A stretch of 62,358 nt of DNA, filler included, from Candidatus Delongbacteria bacterium (GTDB lineage: Bacteria; UBA4055), in NCBI GenBank assembly GCA_016937995.1. It is 4 parts of 4 records of this genome, joined end to end, with 100 filler letters (N's around TTAATTAATTAA, not from the genome) between each part and the next. Parts side by side here need not be neighbours in the genome. Positions count along the whole stretch, not along the records: positions 15,577 to 46,943 come from JAFGVM010000023.1; 3 more parts are not named here. The stretch is one strand, 5' to 3'. Below the pieces are notes generated by a model that saw only the letters and a program-made list of their open reading frames with translations, searched no databases and had not been told where the DNA came from. The stretch's first letter is position 1. Each line of letters opens with the position of its first letter. Shown here in pieces: positions 29,795 to 40,160 of this stretch. A program made the translations under genes and the position numbers.

Positions 29795-31042
29795 ATGACT
29801 AAGAAAACAAAAAGTGGTGACTTTTGCAGTTTCTGTGGAAGACCATCTGAGGAGATCGGAATGCTGATCTCAGGTATGGATGCTATGATCTGTGATGAAT
29901 GTGTAGATTATGCTCAAAGTTATCTGGATGAAATACAGGTCAAGGAACAGAAAGACAGCATCCCTGAAAAATTCCCTACTCCGAAAGAGATCAAAAATGA
30001 GCTAGATAAGTACGTTTTTGGACAAAATGATGTTAAAGTGGCTGTTTCTGTTGCCGTTTACAATCACTATAAAAGACTTCATTCAAATTTAAAAAACAAA
30101 GATGAAAATGTTGAAATAGAAAAATCAAACATACTCTTCGTAGGTGCCACCGGAACAGGTAAAACTCTTATTGCCAGAACACTTGCCAGAGTTTTACATG
30201 TACCTTTCACCATTGCTGACGCTACAGTTCTGACTGAAGCGGGTTATGTGGGTGAAGATGTGGAGAATATCATTGTCCGTCTTTTACAGTCTGCTGATTA
30301 CGATCCTAAATTAACTGAAACCGGTATTATATACATTGACGAGATCGATAAGATCGCGCGTAAGAACTCTAATCCTTCAATTACAAGAGATGTTTCAGGA
30401 GAAGGAGTACAGCAGTCATTGCTAAAGATACTTGAAGGAACAAAAGCTCAGGTTCCACCTAAGGGAGGAAGAAAACATCCTGAACAACCTTTAGTTGAAA
30501 TTGATACCACTAATATACTTTTCATTTGTGGTGGTGCTTTTGATGGTATTGAAGATATCATCAGGCACCGGATCGGAGAAAAAAGCATTGGATTCGGATC
30601 TGACAAAGTTAATATCAAGGGAATGAACTATGATGAGATCCTTTCTAAAATAGCTTACGAAGATCTGTTCAAATTCGGTTTGATCCCTGAAATAATAGGA
30701 AGATTGCCGGTAGTTAAATCAATGCACCATCTTGATAAGAATGCTTTAGAACATATTTTGACAGAGCCAAAGAATTCAATTGTGAAGCAATATCAGAAAT
30801 TATTTGAATATGAAGGTTGTAAGCTTGAATTTACCAAAGATGCAATTTCAGAGATCGCAAATCTGGCCATAGTAAGAAAGACCGGTGCAAGATCTTTAAA
30901 AAGTATTATCGAAGATACAATGAATGAGATCATGTTCGAATTACCGGATCATCCTGATACTAAGAAAGTAACGATAGACAAAGATATCGTCCTTGGTAAT
31001 AAAAAAATTAAATTCGTAAAACCTAAGAAGAAGAGAAAATAA
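29795..31042 (+). CDS. clpX: Clp protease ATP-binding subunit
   Basis: CSFCG zinc finger, [24 protein letters not shown]. Confidence 0.98.
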   Translation: MTKKTKSGDFCSFCGRPSEEIGMLISGMDAMICDECVDYAQSYLDEIQVKEQKDSIPEKFPTPKEIKNELDKYVFGQNDVKVAVSVAVYNHYKRLHSNLKNKDENVEIEKSNILFVGATGTGKTLIARTLARVLHVPFTIADATVLTEAGYVGEDVENIIVRLLQSADYDPKLTETGIIYIDEIDKIARKNSNPSITRDVSGEGVQQSLLKILEGTKAQVPPKGGRKHPEQPLVEIDTTNILFICGGAFDGIEDIIRHRIGEKSIGFGSDKVNIKGMNYDEILSKIAYEDLFKFGLIPEIIGRLPVVKSMHHLDKNALEHILTEPKNSIVKQYQKLFEYEGCKLEFTKDAISEIANLAIVRKTGARSLKSIIEDTMNEIMFELPDHPDTKKVTIDKDIVLGNKKIKFVKPKKKRK

Positions 31043-31065
31043 TAACCTTAAAATAAGTCATGACT

Positions 31066-31176
31066 TAATAGAAACAAGTAGTTCAAGGAGGAAGAGGAAT
31101 TGATAGATGGGAGCTTGCATGAAGCAAGTCACTTGAACAGAAATTCACATTCGACGAAGAAATACGAAGTTTATTG
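31066..31176. repeat. Structured palindromic repeat, copy A
   Basis: Nested arms AATA.AAAC/GTTTATT, GAATT/AATTC, CTTGC/GCAAG; shares TTCAAGGAGGA and AGAAAT.C.AAGTTT with 44506-44650. Confidence 0.65.
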
Positions 31177-31184
31177 GAAGGCAT

Positions 31185-31946
31185 ATGGAAAATAAAACCG
31201 CTATTCTCGTTTTAAATGGAAAGGAATTCGACGCTAATTCCTTTAAGAAGATCTACAATGATCAGTTCATTATTGCTGTTGATGGTGGGATCAATCACAT
31301 TTATAAATATTTTCCGGACATAACAGTTGATCTACATATAGGTGATATGGATTCATGCGAACAGTCGGCACTGGACAATCTTTCTATTGCTAAAACGATG
31401 AAATTCCCAGTGGAAAAGGATTACTCTGACTATGATCTTGCTTTGGAGGAAACCCATGTTCTCGGATATAATAATGCTATTGTATTCGGTGCTTTTGGGG
31501 GTAGAAAAGATCATTTCATGTCTAATTTTGAGACAAGTGTTTATTTTGCCGGAAAGAGTTTAAGCAGGCAAACAAAAAACCTATTCTCTATTCTGCATAA
31601 AAACAAATCGTCCATACATGAGGAGATCTCTGAGGAGATCGAAGAAACTATCCCATGCTGTTTCTCTCCGGTCATTTTAATCGGTGAAAAAGAAAATATG
31701 TACTTTTTAAATTCTTCAACAAAGTTCAAATTTTCACCAAAGACCAGTATTTCTATTTTTGCCGGAAGTGATAAGGTAAAACATCTTACTATCAAAGGTT
31801 TTAAATATAGATTAATTGACACCGAGCTTTCACGAGACAACCCTCTCGGTCTAAGTAATTGCGCTGTTGATGACACTCAATCCATAGAATTCACAAAAGG
31901 TGTTATCGTAGTTATTGAGAATAAAACAGTGGTCAGTGATCATTGA
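31185..31946 (+). CDS. thiN: Thiamine pyrophosphokinase (with about 40-aa internal insertion)
   Basis: IAVDGG, GDMDS, EKDYSD, GAFGGRKDH, GFKY.L, LGLSN. Confidence 0.9.
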   Translation: MENKTAILVLNGKEFDANSFKKIYNDQFIIAVDGGINHIYKYFPDITVDLHIGDMDSCEQSALDNLSIAKTMKFPVEKDYSDYDLALEETHVLGYNNAIVFGAFGGRKDHFMSNFETSVYFAGKSLSRQTKNLFSILHKNKSSIHEEISEEIEETIPCCFSPVILIGEKENMYFLNSSTKFKFSPKTSISIFAGSDKVKHLTIKGFKYRLIDTELSRDNPLGLSNCAVDDTQSIEFTKGVIVVIENKTVVSDH

Positions 31947-32017
31947 CCAGCAATTACCATTCTGTACAACATATTTTACTCTCTACCTCTGTGAGAAACT
32001 AAACTAAGGGATCCATT

Positions 32018-32770
32018 ATGAAATATCATATTAAATTAACCACAGAAATGTTAAAAGGTGCAACTCTTGCTATTTTGCCGGGCGATCCTGGAAGAGTGGA
32101 AAAAACTGCAAAATACATTGATCCCGGTGCAACTTTCCTTGCTAGTAACAGAGAATATACTTCATGGTTAGCTCAAATTAACAACTCAAGTGTACTTGTT
32201 TGTTCTACTGGCATAGGTGGACCGTCTTTATCTATTGCAGTTGAAGAACTTGCTTCTCTTGGAATTAAGAATTTTATTAGAATAGGAACGACCGGAGCAA
32301 TTCAGTCACATATAGAAATACCTTCGATGATCATTACTACCGGAGCCGTTAGACTTGATGGTGCTTCAAAGCACTATGCACCTGTGGAATATCCTGCTGT
32401 TGCCGATCTTGATCTTTCTAATGCACTTGTTTCAGCTACTAAAGAAAATAATATCCCTTATTATACTGGGATCACAGCTTCATCTGATACTTTTTATCCC
32501 GGACAGGAACGTTATGATACTTTTTCAAAATATGTTATCAAAGAATTTCAGGGATCACTTGAACAGTGGCAGAAACTGAATGTTCTTAATTTTGAGATGG
32601 AAAGCTCTACCCTGTTCACTATTGCAAATGCCTTCGGATTAAAAGCTGCATGTATATCTGCTGTGATCGTCAACAGAACTAAGAATGAAACTCCTGATGA
32701 TTCTATACTTGCACAAAGTGAAGAGAATTTGGCGAAGGTTATAAAAGTAGTTGTAAATTATATACATTAA
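32018..32770 (+). CDS. udp: Uridine phosphorylase
   Basis: LPGDPGRV, STGIGGPS, RIGTTG, DTFYPGQER, NFEME. Confidence 0.95.
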   Translation: MKYHIKLTTEMLKGATLAILPGDPGRVEKTAKYIDPGATFLASNREYTSWLAQINNSSVLVCSTGIGGPSLSIAVEELASLGIKNFIRIGTTGAIQSHIEIPSMIITTGAVRLDGASKHYAPVEYPAVADLDLSNALVSATKENNIPYYTGITASSDTFYPGQERYDTFSKYVIKEFQGSLEQWQKLNVLNFEMESSTLFTIANAFGLKAACISAVIVNRTKNETPDDSILAQSEENLAKVIKVVVNYIH

Positions 32771-33001
32771 AAAAATACGTCACTCGTAACGTATAGCCAA
32801 CAAATTTACGCACGTTGTGCAAACTTCCACAACATTGGCAAAATGTAACTGACTTTATCATCTATGGGTCCGAATGCTTTAGCATGATTTTAAATATTTC
32901 ACTTCAATTGTAAATTAACTTTAGATATATAAATAGCTTGATTTTCTCTTCAAAGAGTCTGATTTTACTAAGGAATTATAAAACATTGATCAAAGAGTTC
33001 T

Positions 33002-34030
33002 ATGAAAGTAATTATCCCCAAAGACCATCAACTTCATGACCCTATCACAATACTTGATGGATGGAACTTTATACCTGCCTTTGAGATAGCTTTAAGAGTA
33101 GATTCTATCTGTAACAAATTAAGATCAGGTTCATTTGAATTTTTACATTCTGGAGAATTTAGTGAGAGAACAGAAAAAGCTGCCAAAAGTACTCACAGTA
33201 AAAATTATTTTGATTTTCTATCATCTGTTTACCAAGAATGGAGTAAAACACAGGAACATGACAATGGAGTGATCCCATACCACTTCAACCGGAATTCTGA
33301 AAACAAAAAGGATCTTGGGATAATTAACGAGGTCGGATTACATTCATATGACACCTGTACACCGATATTCAGACACACTTTCACAGCATCACTTAATTCA
33401 GTTGAATGTGCCTTAACCGCATCCGATCACATCCTAAGAGGAGATAAAAGTGTGTATGCCCTGTGCCGCCCCCCAGGACATCATAGCGGAAAAGAATTCT
33501 ATGGTGGATTCTGTTATCTCAACAATTCTGCGATAAGTGCAAAATACATACTGGAAAAGACACAGGATAAAAAAATTGCAATATTAGACCTTGACTACCA
33601 TCACGGCAACGGTACACAGGATATTTTCTATGATACTAATGAAGTTCTATATGTATCTATCCATGCTGATCCTAAATTTGACTATCCATATTCATGGGGA
33701 ACAAAAAATGAGACAGGGACCGGCAAAGGTAAAGGATATAATATAAACCTGCCTTTAGACTTAGGATGTGATGAGAAAACTTATTTAAGTACCCTGGATA
33801 CAGCAATAAGTAAAATCAATGAATTTTCTCCTGATTTTTTAATAATATCTCTGGGAGTTGATACTCATATAAATGATCCTGTCGGAAGTTTTAAATTAAG
33901 CTTTGAATCTTTTACAAAAATGGGGTCCCGTTTCAAAAATTACAAAATACCTGTACTGATAGTACAGGAAGGTGGTTACGATCTTAATTCGATCGGGACA
34001 TCTGTAAGCAATTTCTTATCTGAATTTTAA
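33002..34030 (+). CDS. Histone deacetylase family / acetylpolyamine amidohydrolase
   Basis: RPPGHH, GFCYLNN, DLDYHHGNGTQ, QEGGY. Confidence 0.9.
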   Translation: MKVIIPKDHQLHDPITILDGWNFIPAFEIALRVDSICNKLRSGSFEFLHSGEFSERTEKAAKSTHSKNYFDFLSSVYQEWSKTQEHDNGVIPYHFNRNSENKKDLGIINEVGLHSYDTCTPIFRHTFTASLNSVECALTASDHILRGDKSVYALCRPPGHHSGKEFYGGFCYLNNSAISAKYILEKTQDKKIAILDLDYHHGNGTQDIFYDTNEVLYVSIHADPKFDYPYSWGTKNETGTGKGKGYNINLPLDLGCDEKTYLSTLDTAISKINEFSPDFLIISLGVDTHINDPVGSFKLSFESFTKMGSRFKNYKIPVLIVQEGGYDLNSIGTSVSNFLSEF

Positions 34031-34126
34031 CAGTTTTTATCACTTTTACTATGAAATTTTTTGTTGACTATTTTAAAATAAAAAAACATTTTTCCTTTCC
34101 ATAACTAATTTTATATAGGAGTCAAA

Positions 34127-35536
34127 ATGAAAAATACATATTTTGACCTTGTTGAACAATCATTCTACTTTCCCCAGGAGGGTTTTGACCTTAACGAAGG
34201 TTATCTGACCTTTCACGGTGTTTCATTAAAATATTTGATCGATAAATACGGTACTCCATTGAGGCTATTTTATCTGCCAAAAATAGGAGATCAGATAAAA
34301 AAATCACGAAATTTATTTAACAGAGCCATTAAATCCATCGGCTATAAAGGCAAATATCATTTCTGCTACTGTACTAAATGCTGTCATTATCACCACGTAA
34401 TAAGTGCAGCTTTGAAACATAACGTAAATCTTGAAACATCATCATCATTCGACATTGACCTTATACTGAGACTGTTAAAAAAGGGACAACTGACCAAGGA
34501 CCGTATAATTGTTCATAACGGTTATAAGACTGATGACTATATAAAAAAGATATTGAGTCTTCAGGACATGGGATTCAATAATACAATAATTGTCCTTGAC
34601 AGTATAACAGAACTGAAAAGACTTGATGATCTATCAGGTGATAAAAAGATCACTATAGGTCTGAGAATGGCCATAGATGAAGAGCCTCAATCTGCTTATT
34701 ATACATCAAGACTCGGAATCAATCATACTGAATTACTGGATTTCTACCGTGATGAAATTAAAGATAATAAAAAATTCATATTTAAAATGCTTCACTTTTT
34801 TGTTGATTCAGGTATAAAGGACAGTCTTTATTACTGGGGCGAGTTTAAAAAAGCTCTTAAACTCTACGTTGAGTTAAAAAAAGATGCCCCGAACCTGGAT
34901 TCTCTGAATCTTGGTGGTGGTTTTCCTATAAGAAGCGGCATGGGATTCGAGTACGATTATGAATATATGATCAAGGAGATCGTAACTGGAATTAAGGATA
35001 TCTGTTCAAATGAAGGTGTTGAAGAACCGGATATTTATACTGAATTCGGTAAATTTACTGTAGGTGAAAGTGGAGCTATTATCTTTAAAGTCATTGAGCA
35101 GAAACAACAAAATGATACTGAGAGATGGTATATCGTTGACAACAGTGTTATGAACACAATTCCGGATGCATGGTCAATCCATGAAAAGTTTATTCTGCTG
35201 CCGATAAATAAATGGGATAATGATTATACAAGGGTCAATATCGGTGGTTTAAGCTGTGATCACTCTGACTATTATAATTCTGAGGATCTGAATCAGCAAA
35301 TATTGCTTCCTGAGTACGACAATGATGAAAAAGAACCACTTTATTTAGGTTTTTTTCATACTGGAGCTTATCAGGATTCTATAAGTGGTTACGGAGGTAT
35401 TAAGCACTGTCTTATACCATCACCTAAACATATCATAATTGATAGAGATGAAAAAGGTGACGTTATCGACCACATATACAGAGATGAACAAAGTGTTGGT
35501 GATATGTTAAAAATATTAGGATATGAAGAGGAATGA
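34127..35536 (+). CDS. speA: Arginine decarboxylase (Bacteroidetes-like short form)
   Basis: YCTK PLP lysine, LETSS, GGGFP, TEFG, CDHSDYY, GAYQ...GGIKHCL. Confidence 0.9.
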   Translation: MKNTYFDLVEQSFYFPQEGFDLNEGYLTFHGVSLKYLIDKYGTPLRLFYLPKIGDQIKKSRNLFNRAIKSIGYKGKYHFCYCTKCCHYHHVISAALKHNVNLETSSSFDIDLILRLLKKGQLTKDRIIVHNGYKTDDYIKKILSLQDMGFNNTIIVLDSITELKRLDDLSGDKKITIGLRMAIDEEPQSAYYTSRLGINHTELLDFYRDEIKDNKKFIFKMLHFFVDSGIKDSLYYWGEFKKALKLYVELKKDAPNLDSLNLGGGFPIRSGMGFEYDYEYMIKEIVTGIKDICSNEGVEEPDIYTEFGKFTVGESGAIIFKVIEQKQQNDTERWYIVDNSVMNTIPDAWSIHEKFILLPINKWDNDYTRVNIGGLSCDHSDYYNSEDLNQQILLPEYDNDEKEPLYLGFFHTGAYQDSISGYGGIKHCLIPSPKHIIIDRDEKGDVIDHIYRDEQSVGDMLKILGYEEE

Positions 35537-36375
35537 AAACTTTTGGCGGAATAGAACAAAGGTACTCAGATTACGAGAATTCAAAAATATTTTTACGATC
35601 CATCCCTTACGATGGAACTTCAACATGGGGAAAAGGAGCGGATAAAGGTTTTCAATCTTTTCTCGAAGCTTCAGAAAATATGGAACTTTACGATATCGAA
35701 ACTGATTCTGAAGTTTACAAAAAAGGTATACATATACTTCCCCCTATCAATGAAGATTCTTCTCCAGAAGATTTGTTCGAAAAAGTATACGAAAGTACTG
35801 TACAACTGCTTAAAACCGATAAATTTCTAACTTTTTTCGGTGGAGAACATTCTGTCAGCATTGGAATAATTAAAGCTTTCTACGAAAAATTCCCGGATAT
35901 TACTATACTTCATTTTGATGCTCATGCTGACCTTAGACCTGAGTACAACGGATCGAAATATAATCATGCTTGTGCAGCATACGAGGCTTCTCAAAACACC
36001 AATTTAGTACAGATCGGCATACGATCCATGGATATTAATGAGAATAAATATTTAAACAGAGAAAAATGCTTTTTCGCTCAAGATATCTACAGGGATTCAA
36101 CCTGGATGGACAAGGCGATCAATTTGCTCACTGACAAAGTTTACATTACTTTCGACCTTGATGCATTTGACCCCTCTATCATACCCGGGACAGGAACACC
36201 GGAACCTGGAGGTCTGGAATGGTATTCCACCTTGGAATTCTTGAAAAAGGTATTTGAAAATAAGAATGTACTTGGTTTTGATATTGTTGAACTCGCACCT
36301 ATTGAAGGCTTACCTGCTTCGGAATTTCTGGTATCAAAATTATATTACAAAATGTTAAGCTATAAATTTAAATAA
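35533..36375 (+). CDS. speB: Agmatinase (ureohydrolase)
   Basis: GGEHS, DAHADLR, DLDAFDPS..PGTGTPEPGG. Confidence 0.92.
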   Translation: MKTFGGIEQRYSDYENSKIFLRSIPYDGTSTWGKGADKGFQSFLEASENMELYDIETDSEVYKKGIHILPPINEDSSPEDLFEKVYESTVQLLKTDKFLTFFGGEHSVSIGIIKAFYEKFPDITILHFDAHADLRPEYNGSKYNHACAAYEASQNTNLVQIGIRSMDINENKYLNREKCFFAQDIYRDSTWMDKAINLLTDKVYITFDLDAFDPSIIPGTGTPEPGGLEWYSTLEFLKKVFENKNVLGFDIVELAPIEGLPASEFLVSKLYYKMLSYKFK

Positions 36376-36388
36376 ACAAGAGAATGCT

Positions 36389-37363
36389 ATGAAAAATAAA
36401 GGACCAGTTTCTAATTTTATTTTAGAACATTTCAAACATTTTAATGCAGCTGCTCTGATAGATGCTGCCCAAGGATACGAAAAACAATTGGAAGACGGCA
36501 AGAAAATGATGGTCACTTTAGCTGGTGCTATGAGTACAGCTGAACTTGGAAAGTCTTTGGCAGAAATGATAAGACAGGACAAGATCGCTATTATTTCATG
36601 TACCGGAGCAAATCTTGAAGAGGATGTTTTTAATCTTGTGGCACACGATTATTACAAACGTGTGCCGCATTACAGAGATCTTTCCCCAATCGATGAAAAA
36701 GAATTGCTGGATCACCATTTCAATAGAGTTACTGATACCTGTATACCTGAAGAAGAGGCAATGAGAAGAATAGAAAAACATTTGGTGGATCAGTGGTCTA
36801 AAGCATACAAAGAGGGAAAAAGATATTTCCCGCATCAGTTCTTTTATAATATTCTGTTAAGCGGACAACTTGAGAAAGATTACCAGATCGATCCTAAAGA
36901 TTCATGGTTACTTGCAGCAGCTCAGAAAAATTTGCCGATAATTGTACCCGGATGGGAAGATTCCACATGTGGAAACTTTTTTGCTGCACATTGTATAGAA
37001 GGCTTATTCGAACCTTCCGTAACTAGATCTGGAATTGAATACATGATGTTTTTAGCAAAATGGTATCAGGAAAATGTTGGAAAAGGTATCGGTTTCTTTC
37101 AGATTGGTGGTGGTATTGCAGGTGATTTCCCGATCTGTGTAGTACCTATGCTTCACCAGGACCTTCAACTTGATCAAATACCTGTCTGGTCATATTTTTG
37201 CCAGATAAGTGACTCCACAACAAGCTATGGTTCATACTCTGGAGCTGTACCTAATGAAAAGATCACCTGGGGAAAACTGGAACCTGAAACTCCGAAATTT
37301 ATAATTGAGTCGGATGCTACTATCGTAGCTCCATTAATATTTGCTTATTTATTAGGATGGTAA
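36389..37363 (+). CDS. Deoxyhypusine synthase-like protein
   Basis: LAGAMSTAELG, TGANLEED, IGGGIAGD, GSYSGA.PNEKITWGK, ESDATIVAP. Confidence 0.92.
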   Translation: MKNKGPVSNFILEHFKHFNAAALIDAAQGYEKQLEDGKKMMVTLAGAMSTAELGKSLAEMIRQDKIAIISCTGANLEEDVFNLVAHDYYKRVPHYRDLSPIDEKELLDHHFNRVTDTCIPEEEAMRRIEKHLVDQWSKAYKEGKRYFPHQFFYNILLSGQLEKDYQIDPKDSWLLAAAQKNLPIIVPGWEDSTCGNFFAAHCIEGLFEPSVTRSGIEYMMFLAKWYQENVGKGIGFFQIGGGIAGDFPICVVPMLHQDLQLDQIPVWSYFCQISDSTTSYGSYSGAVPNEKITWGKLEPETPKFIIESDATIVAPLIFAYLLGW

Positions 37364-38131
37364 ATGAAAAAATTTAAGTACGCTGTCGTAAGAAAACCTT
37401 CACAAAGTATGACCAATGGTCTAACTTCTGCTGATCTTGGCAAACCTGTATATGAAAAAGCTCTGGAACAACATTCGAATTATGTTGAAGCTCTAAAACA
37501 ATGCGGTCTCTTAGTAAAAATTCTTGACCCCCGAGAAAAATTCCCTGATTCATGTTTCATTGAGGATATTGCAGTATGTACTCCTCATTGTGCTATCATT
37601 ACATATCCCGGAGCACCATCAAGGAACGGGGAAACTGACGGTATCGAGAAGATCCTGCAAAAATATTATACAGAAATTGAAGAGATCATTTTTCCCGGAA
37701 ATTTAGATGGTGGTGATGTAATGATGGTCGATGATCACTATTACATAGGATTATCTGAGAGAACAAATATTCACGGAGCAAATCAGCTTATTGCAATATT
37801 AGAAGATTATGGTATGACTGGATCAGTGGTTGAGATGAATGATATGCTTCATCTTAAGACCGGTATTAATTATATTGAGAATGGTAATTTCCTGGTGACA
37901 GGAGAATTCATTGATAATCCTTCTTTTGAGAAGATAAATCAATTGATCGTTCCTGAAGAAGAGGAATATGCCGCGAATTCTCTCTGGATCAATGACACTG
38001 TTATCGTTCCTGAGGGCTATCCTAAAACAAAAAAAATGATCGAAGATCTCGGATACAGTATTATTGAAGTGGACACTTCTGAATTCAGAAAACTGGATGG
38101 CGGATTGAGTTGTCTTTCACTTAGGTTTTAA
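37364..38131 (+). CDS. ddaH: Dimethylarginine dimethylaminohydrolase / amidinotransferase family
   Basis: PDSCFIED, DGGDV, HLKTG, DGGLSCLS. Confidence 0.9.
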   Translation: MKKFKYAVVRKPSQSMTNGLTSADLGKPVYEKALEQHSNYVEALKQCGLLVKILDPREKFPDSCFIEDIAVCTPHCAIITYPGAPSRNGETDGIEKILQKYYTEIEEIIFPGNLDGGDVMMVDDHYYIGLSERTNIHGANQLIAILEDYGMTGSVVEMNDMLHLKTGINYIENGNFLVTGEFIDNPSFEKINQLIVPEEEEYAANSLWINDTVIVPEGYPKTKKMIEDLGYSIIEVDTSEFRKLDGGLSCLSLRF

Positions 38132-38282
38132 GTTTCAGGTTACAGAGGTTTGTACGAGACGCACATACAGGTTTTTTACTGGTCACTGGTCACTGTCAAC
38201 TGACAACTATTTTCAAGCTTGACTTTTTTTATTATCAAGATTATATTTATGCCCTATTATTTGATTAACGGTATTTGAAGCT

Positions 38283-38795
38283 ATGAAGATTAAAATAGAC
38301 CGATTAAAAGAAGGTGATAATCAGATCAGATTTGAAGAAGATTCGATCATGTCTCTGAATATTGAGGATTATGAGATCGTTTCAGGCACCGGACTTACCT
38401 TGAATGTCATAAGGAACAATAGTTACTTACACATTACAGGTTCGAATAATATTACAGTGAAAGAATATTGTGACCGATGCGGGGATGAATATACTCCCGA
38501 TATCGAAATTGAAATAGACTATGTTTTCCATCTCGGAGATGAGAAAAGGGGTAATTCTGATAATCTTGAGATCATCAGACCCGAGGAAAATGACGGATAT
38601 TTGATATTTGATCAATATTACATTGAAACTTTCTATCTGTCATTACCTTTAAAGAAACTTTGCTCCGGTAGTTGTAAAGGTCTTTGTTCTCAATGCGGAA
38701 AGAATCTGAATGAAGGACCCTGCACCTGCAGTAAGGATGAAACTATTGATCCACGATGGGAAAAATTGGCTGAAATCGCAAAAAAGCAGAAATAA
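38283..38795 (+). CDS. yceD: DUF177/YceD family protein
   Basis: CDRC, LC...CKGLC..CG.NLN...C.C, DPRW; upstream of rpmF. Confidence 0.92.
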   Translation: MKIKIDRLKEGDNQIRFEEDSIMSLNIEDYEIVSGTGLTLNVIRNNSYLHITGSNNITVKEYCDRCGDEYTPDIEIEIDYVFHLGDEKRGNSDNLEIIRPEENDGYLIFDQYYIETFYLSLPLKKLCSGSCKGLCSQCGKNLNEGPCTCSKDETIDPRWEKLAEIAKKQK

Positions 38796-38872
38796 AAGAA
38801 TTATCATAAGCAAATAGCTTATAATATAAGATCAAGCCTGGGGCTTGTAATTAATAATCACGGAGAAACACG

Positions 38873-39055
38873 ATGCCAGTACCAAAGAGGAAAACCTCTA
38901 AAGCGAAAGCGAAATCAAGAAAGAACCATTGGAAACTAACAGCAAAAAGCACTGCTAAGTGTCCAAATTGCTCGGCTCCTGTTTTATCTCATAGAGTATG
39001 TCCTTCATGTGGATACTACAAGGGAAAAGCAGTAATTAAAGTCAAAGCAGACTAA
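38873..39055 (+). CDS. rpmF: 50S ribosomal protein L32
   Basis: MPVPKRKTSK, CPNC..HRVCPSCGYY (Zn-binding form). Confidence 0.97.
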   Translation: MPVPKRKTSKAKAKSRKNHWKLTAKSTAKCPNCSAPVLSHRVCPSCGYYKGKAVIKVKAD

Positions 39056-39063
39056 TCACACTT

Positions 39064-39109
39064 AAGCCACATACTAAATAAATTCAGTTTATAGGTCTGT
39101 GGCTTTTTT
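39064..39109 (+). terminator. Probable terminator after rpmF
   Basis: AAGCCACA...TGTGGCTT plus T-run. Confidence 0.6.
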
Positions 39110-39193
39110 ATTTGTAAAAATCCGTATTTGCTAAAGATCATAAAATTCATATATTATAATAATATGGATAATCCGAATTAATCTGGGAACTTC

Positions 39194-40132
39194 ATGAAGA
39201 TAGCTGTGAATCTTATGGGCGGAGATAATGCCCCCGGTGAAATCATTCTAGGCTGCAAAAAATATCTTGAATCTTATCCAGAAGACACTTTATTAATGTT
39301 CGGGATAGAAAGCTCCGGTCAAGATCAAATCCTTAAAAATATCGTTGAATCAACTGATTCTGAATTTATAGTATCGGATACCTTTGTAGAAATGGATGAA
39401 AGCCCTCTGTCCATAAAGAAAGAAAAGAGCAATTCTGCAGTTGTTGACTGTATGAAATATTTAAAAGATGGCAAAGCTGATTGTGTTTTCACCTGCGGTA
39501 ATAGCGGTGCTGCAATACTAAGTGCAATAGATATTCTTGGAATGCAGGCTGAACGATCCAATGTGGCTCTGATGTCATTTATACCTGTTTATCAAAGAGA
39601 CCCGGTTGGTCTGATCGATGTCGGTGCTTTAGGTAACAGGAACCTTGATTCTAAAACATATTTCGAATTAACCAACATGGCAGTTGAATTTTATAAAGGA
39701 TTCTTTAAAAATAATGATCCTTCTGTTAAATTATTGAACATAGGTCTGGAATCTTGGAAAGGTACGGCTGAACATAAAGTACTTTACAATCTGCTTAAAG
39801 AAAATTTACCTGAATTTAAAGGTAATATCGAAGGTGACGGTATTCTCAGAGGTGATGCAGATATAATTATTTCTGATGGATTTACAGGAAATATAATACT
39901 GAAACTTCTTGAATCAATGTATGAGCTTTTCATAAAAGATTTAGATAAAACTCATTGTAATAAATCAAATAATTTTTTACATTTTCTTGTCGAAGAATTC
40001 AACTATGAATCTTTAGGTGGAGCTCCATTACTTGGAATTAATGGAAAAGTTGTTCTGGGTCATGGTAAGTCTTCTTCAAAAGCTGTTTTTTCGGGATTGA
40101 AATTCTCAAAAAAATATGCGCAAATTAACTAA
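39194..40132 (+). CDS. plsX: Phosphate acyltransferase PlsX
   Basis: MGGDNAP, GNSGA, LLNIG.E..KG, DGFTGNI.LK, GGAPLLG, HGKS. Confidence 0.92.
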   Translation: MKIAVNLMGGDNAPGEIILGCKKYLESYPEDTLLMFGIESSGQDQILKNIVESTDSEFIVSDTFVEMDESPLSIKKEKSNSAVVDCMKYLKDGKADCVFTCGNSGAAILSAIDILGMQAERSNVALMSFIPVYQRDPVGLIDVGALGNRNLDSKTYFELTNMAVEFYKGFFKNNDPSVKLLNIGLESWKGTAEHKVLYNLLKENLPEFKGNIEGDGILRGDADIIISDGFTGNIILKLLESMYELFIKDLDKTHCNKSNNFLHFLVEEFNYESLGGAPLLGINGKVVLGHGKSSSKAVFSGLKFSKKYAQIN

Positions 40133-40160
40133 ATTTTAATTTTCAATCGCAGGTGACTAT

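Noticed and set aside
38178-38208. Short heptamer tandem repeats (also near 31927, 42931, 47101, 57951)
   Set aside because: Only 2-4 degenerate units with no spacers; not CRISPR and no function supportable.
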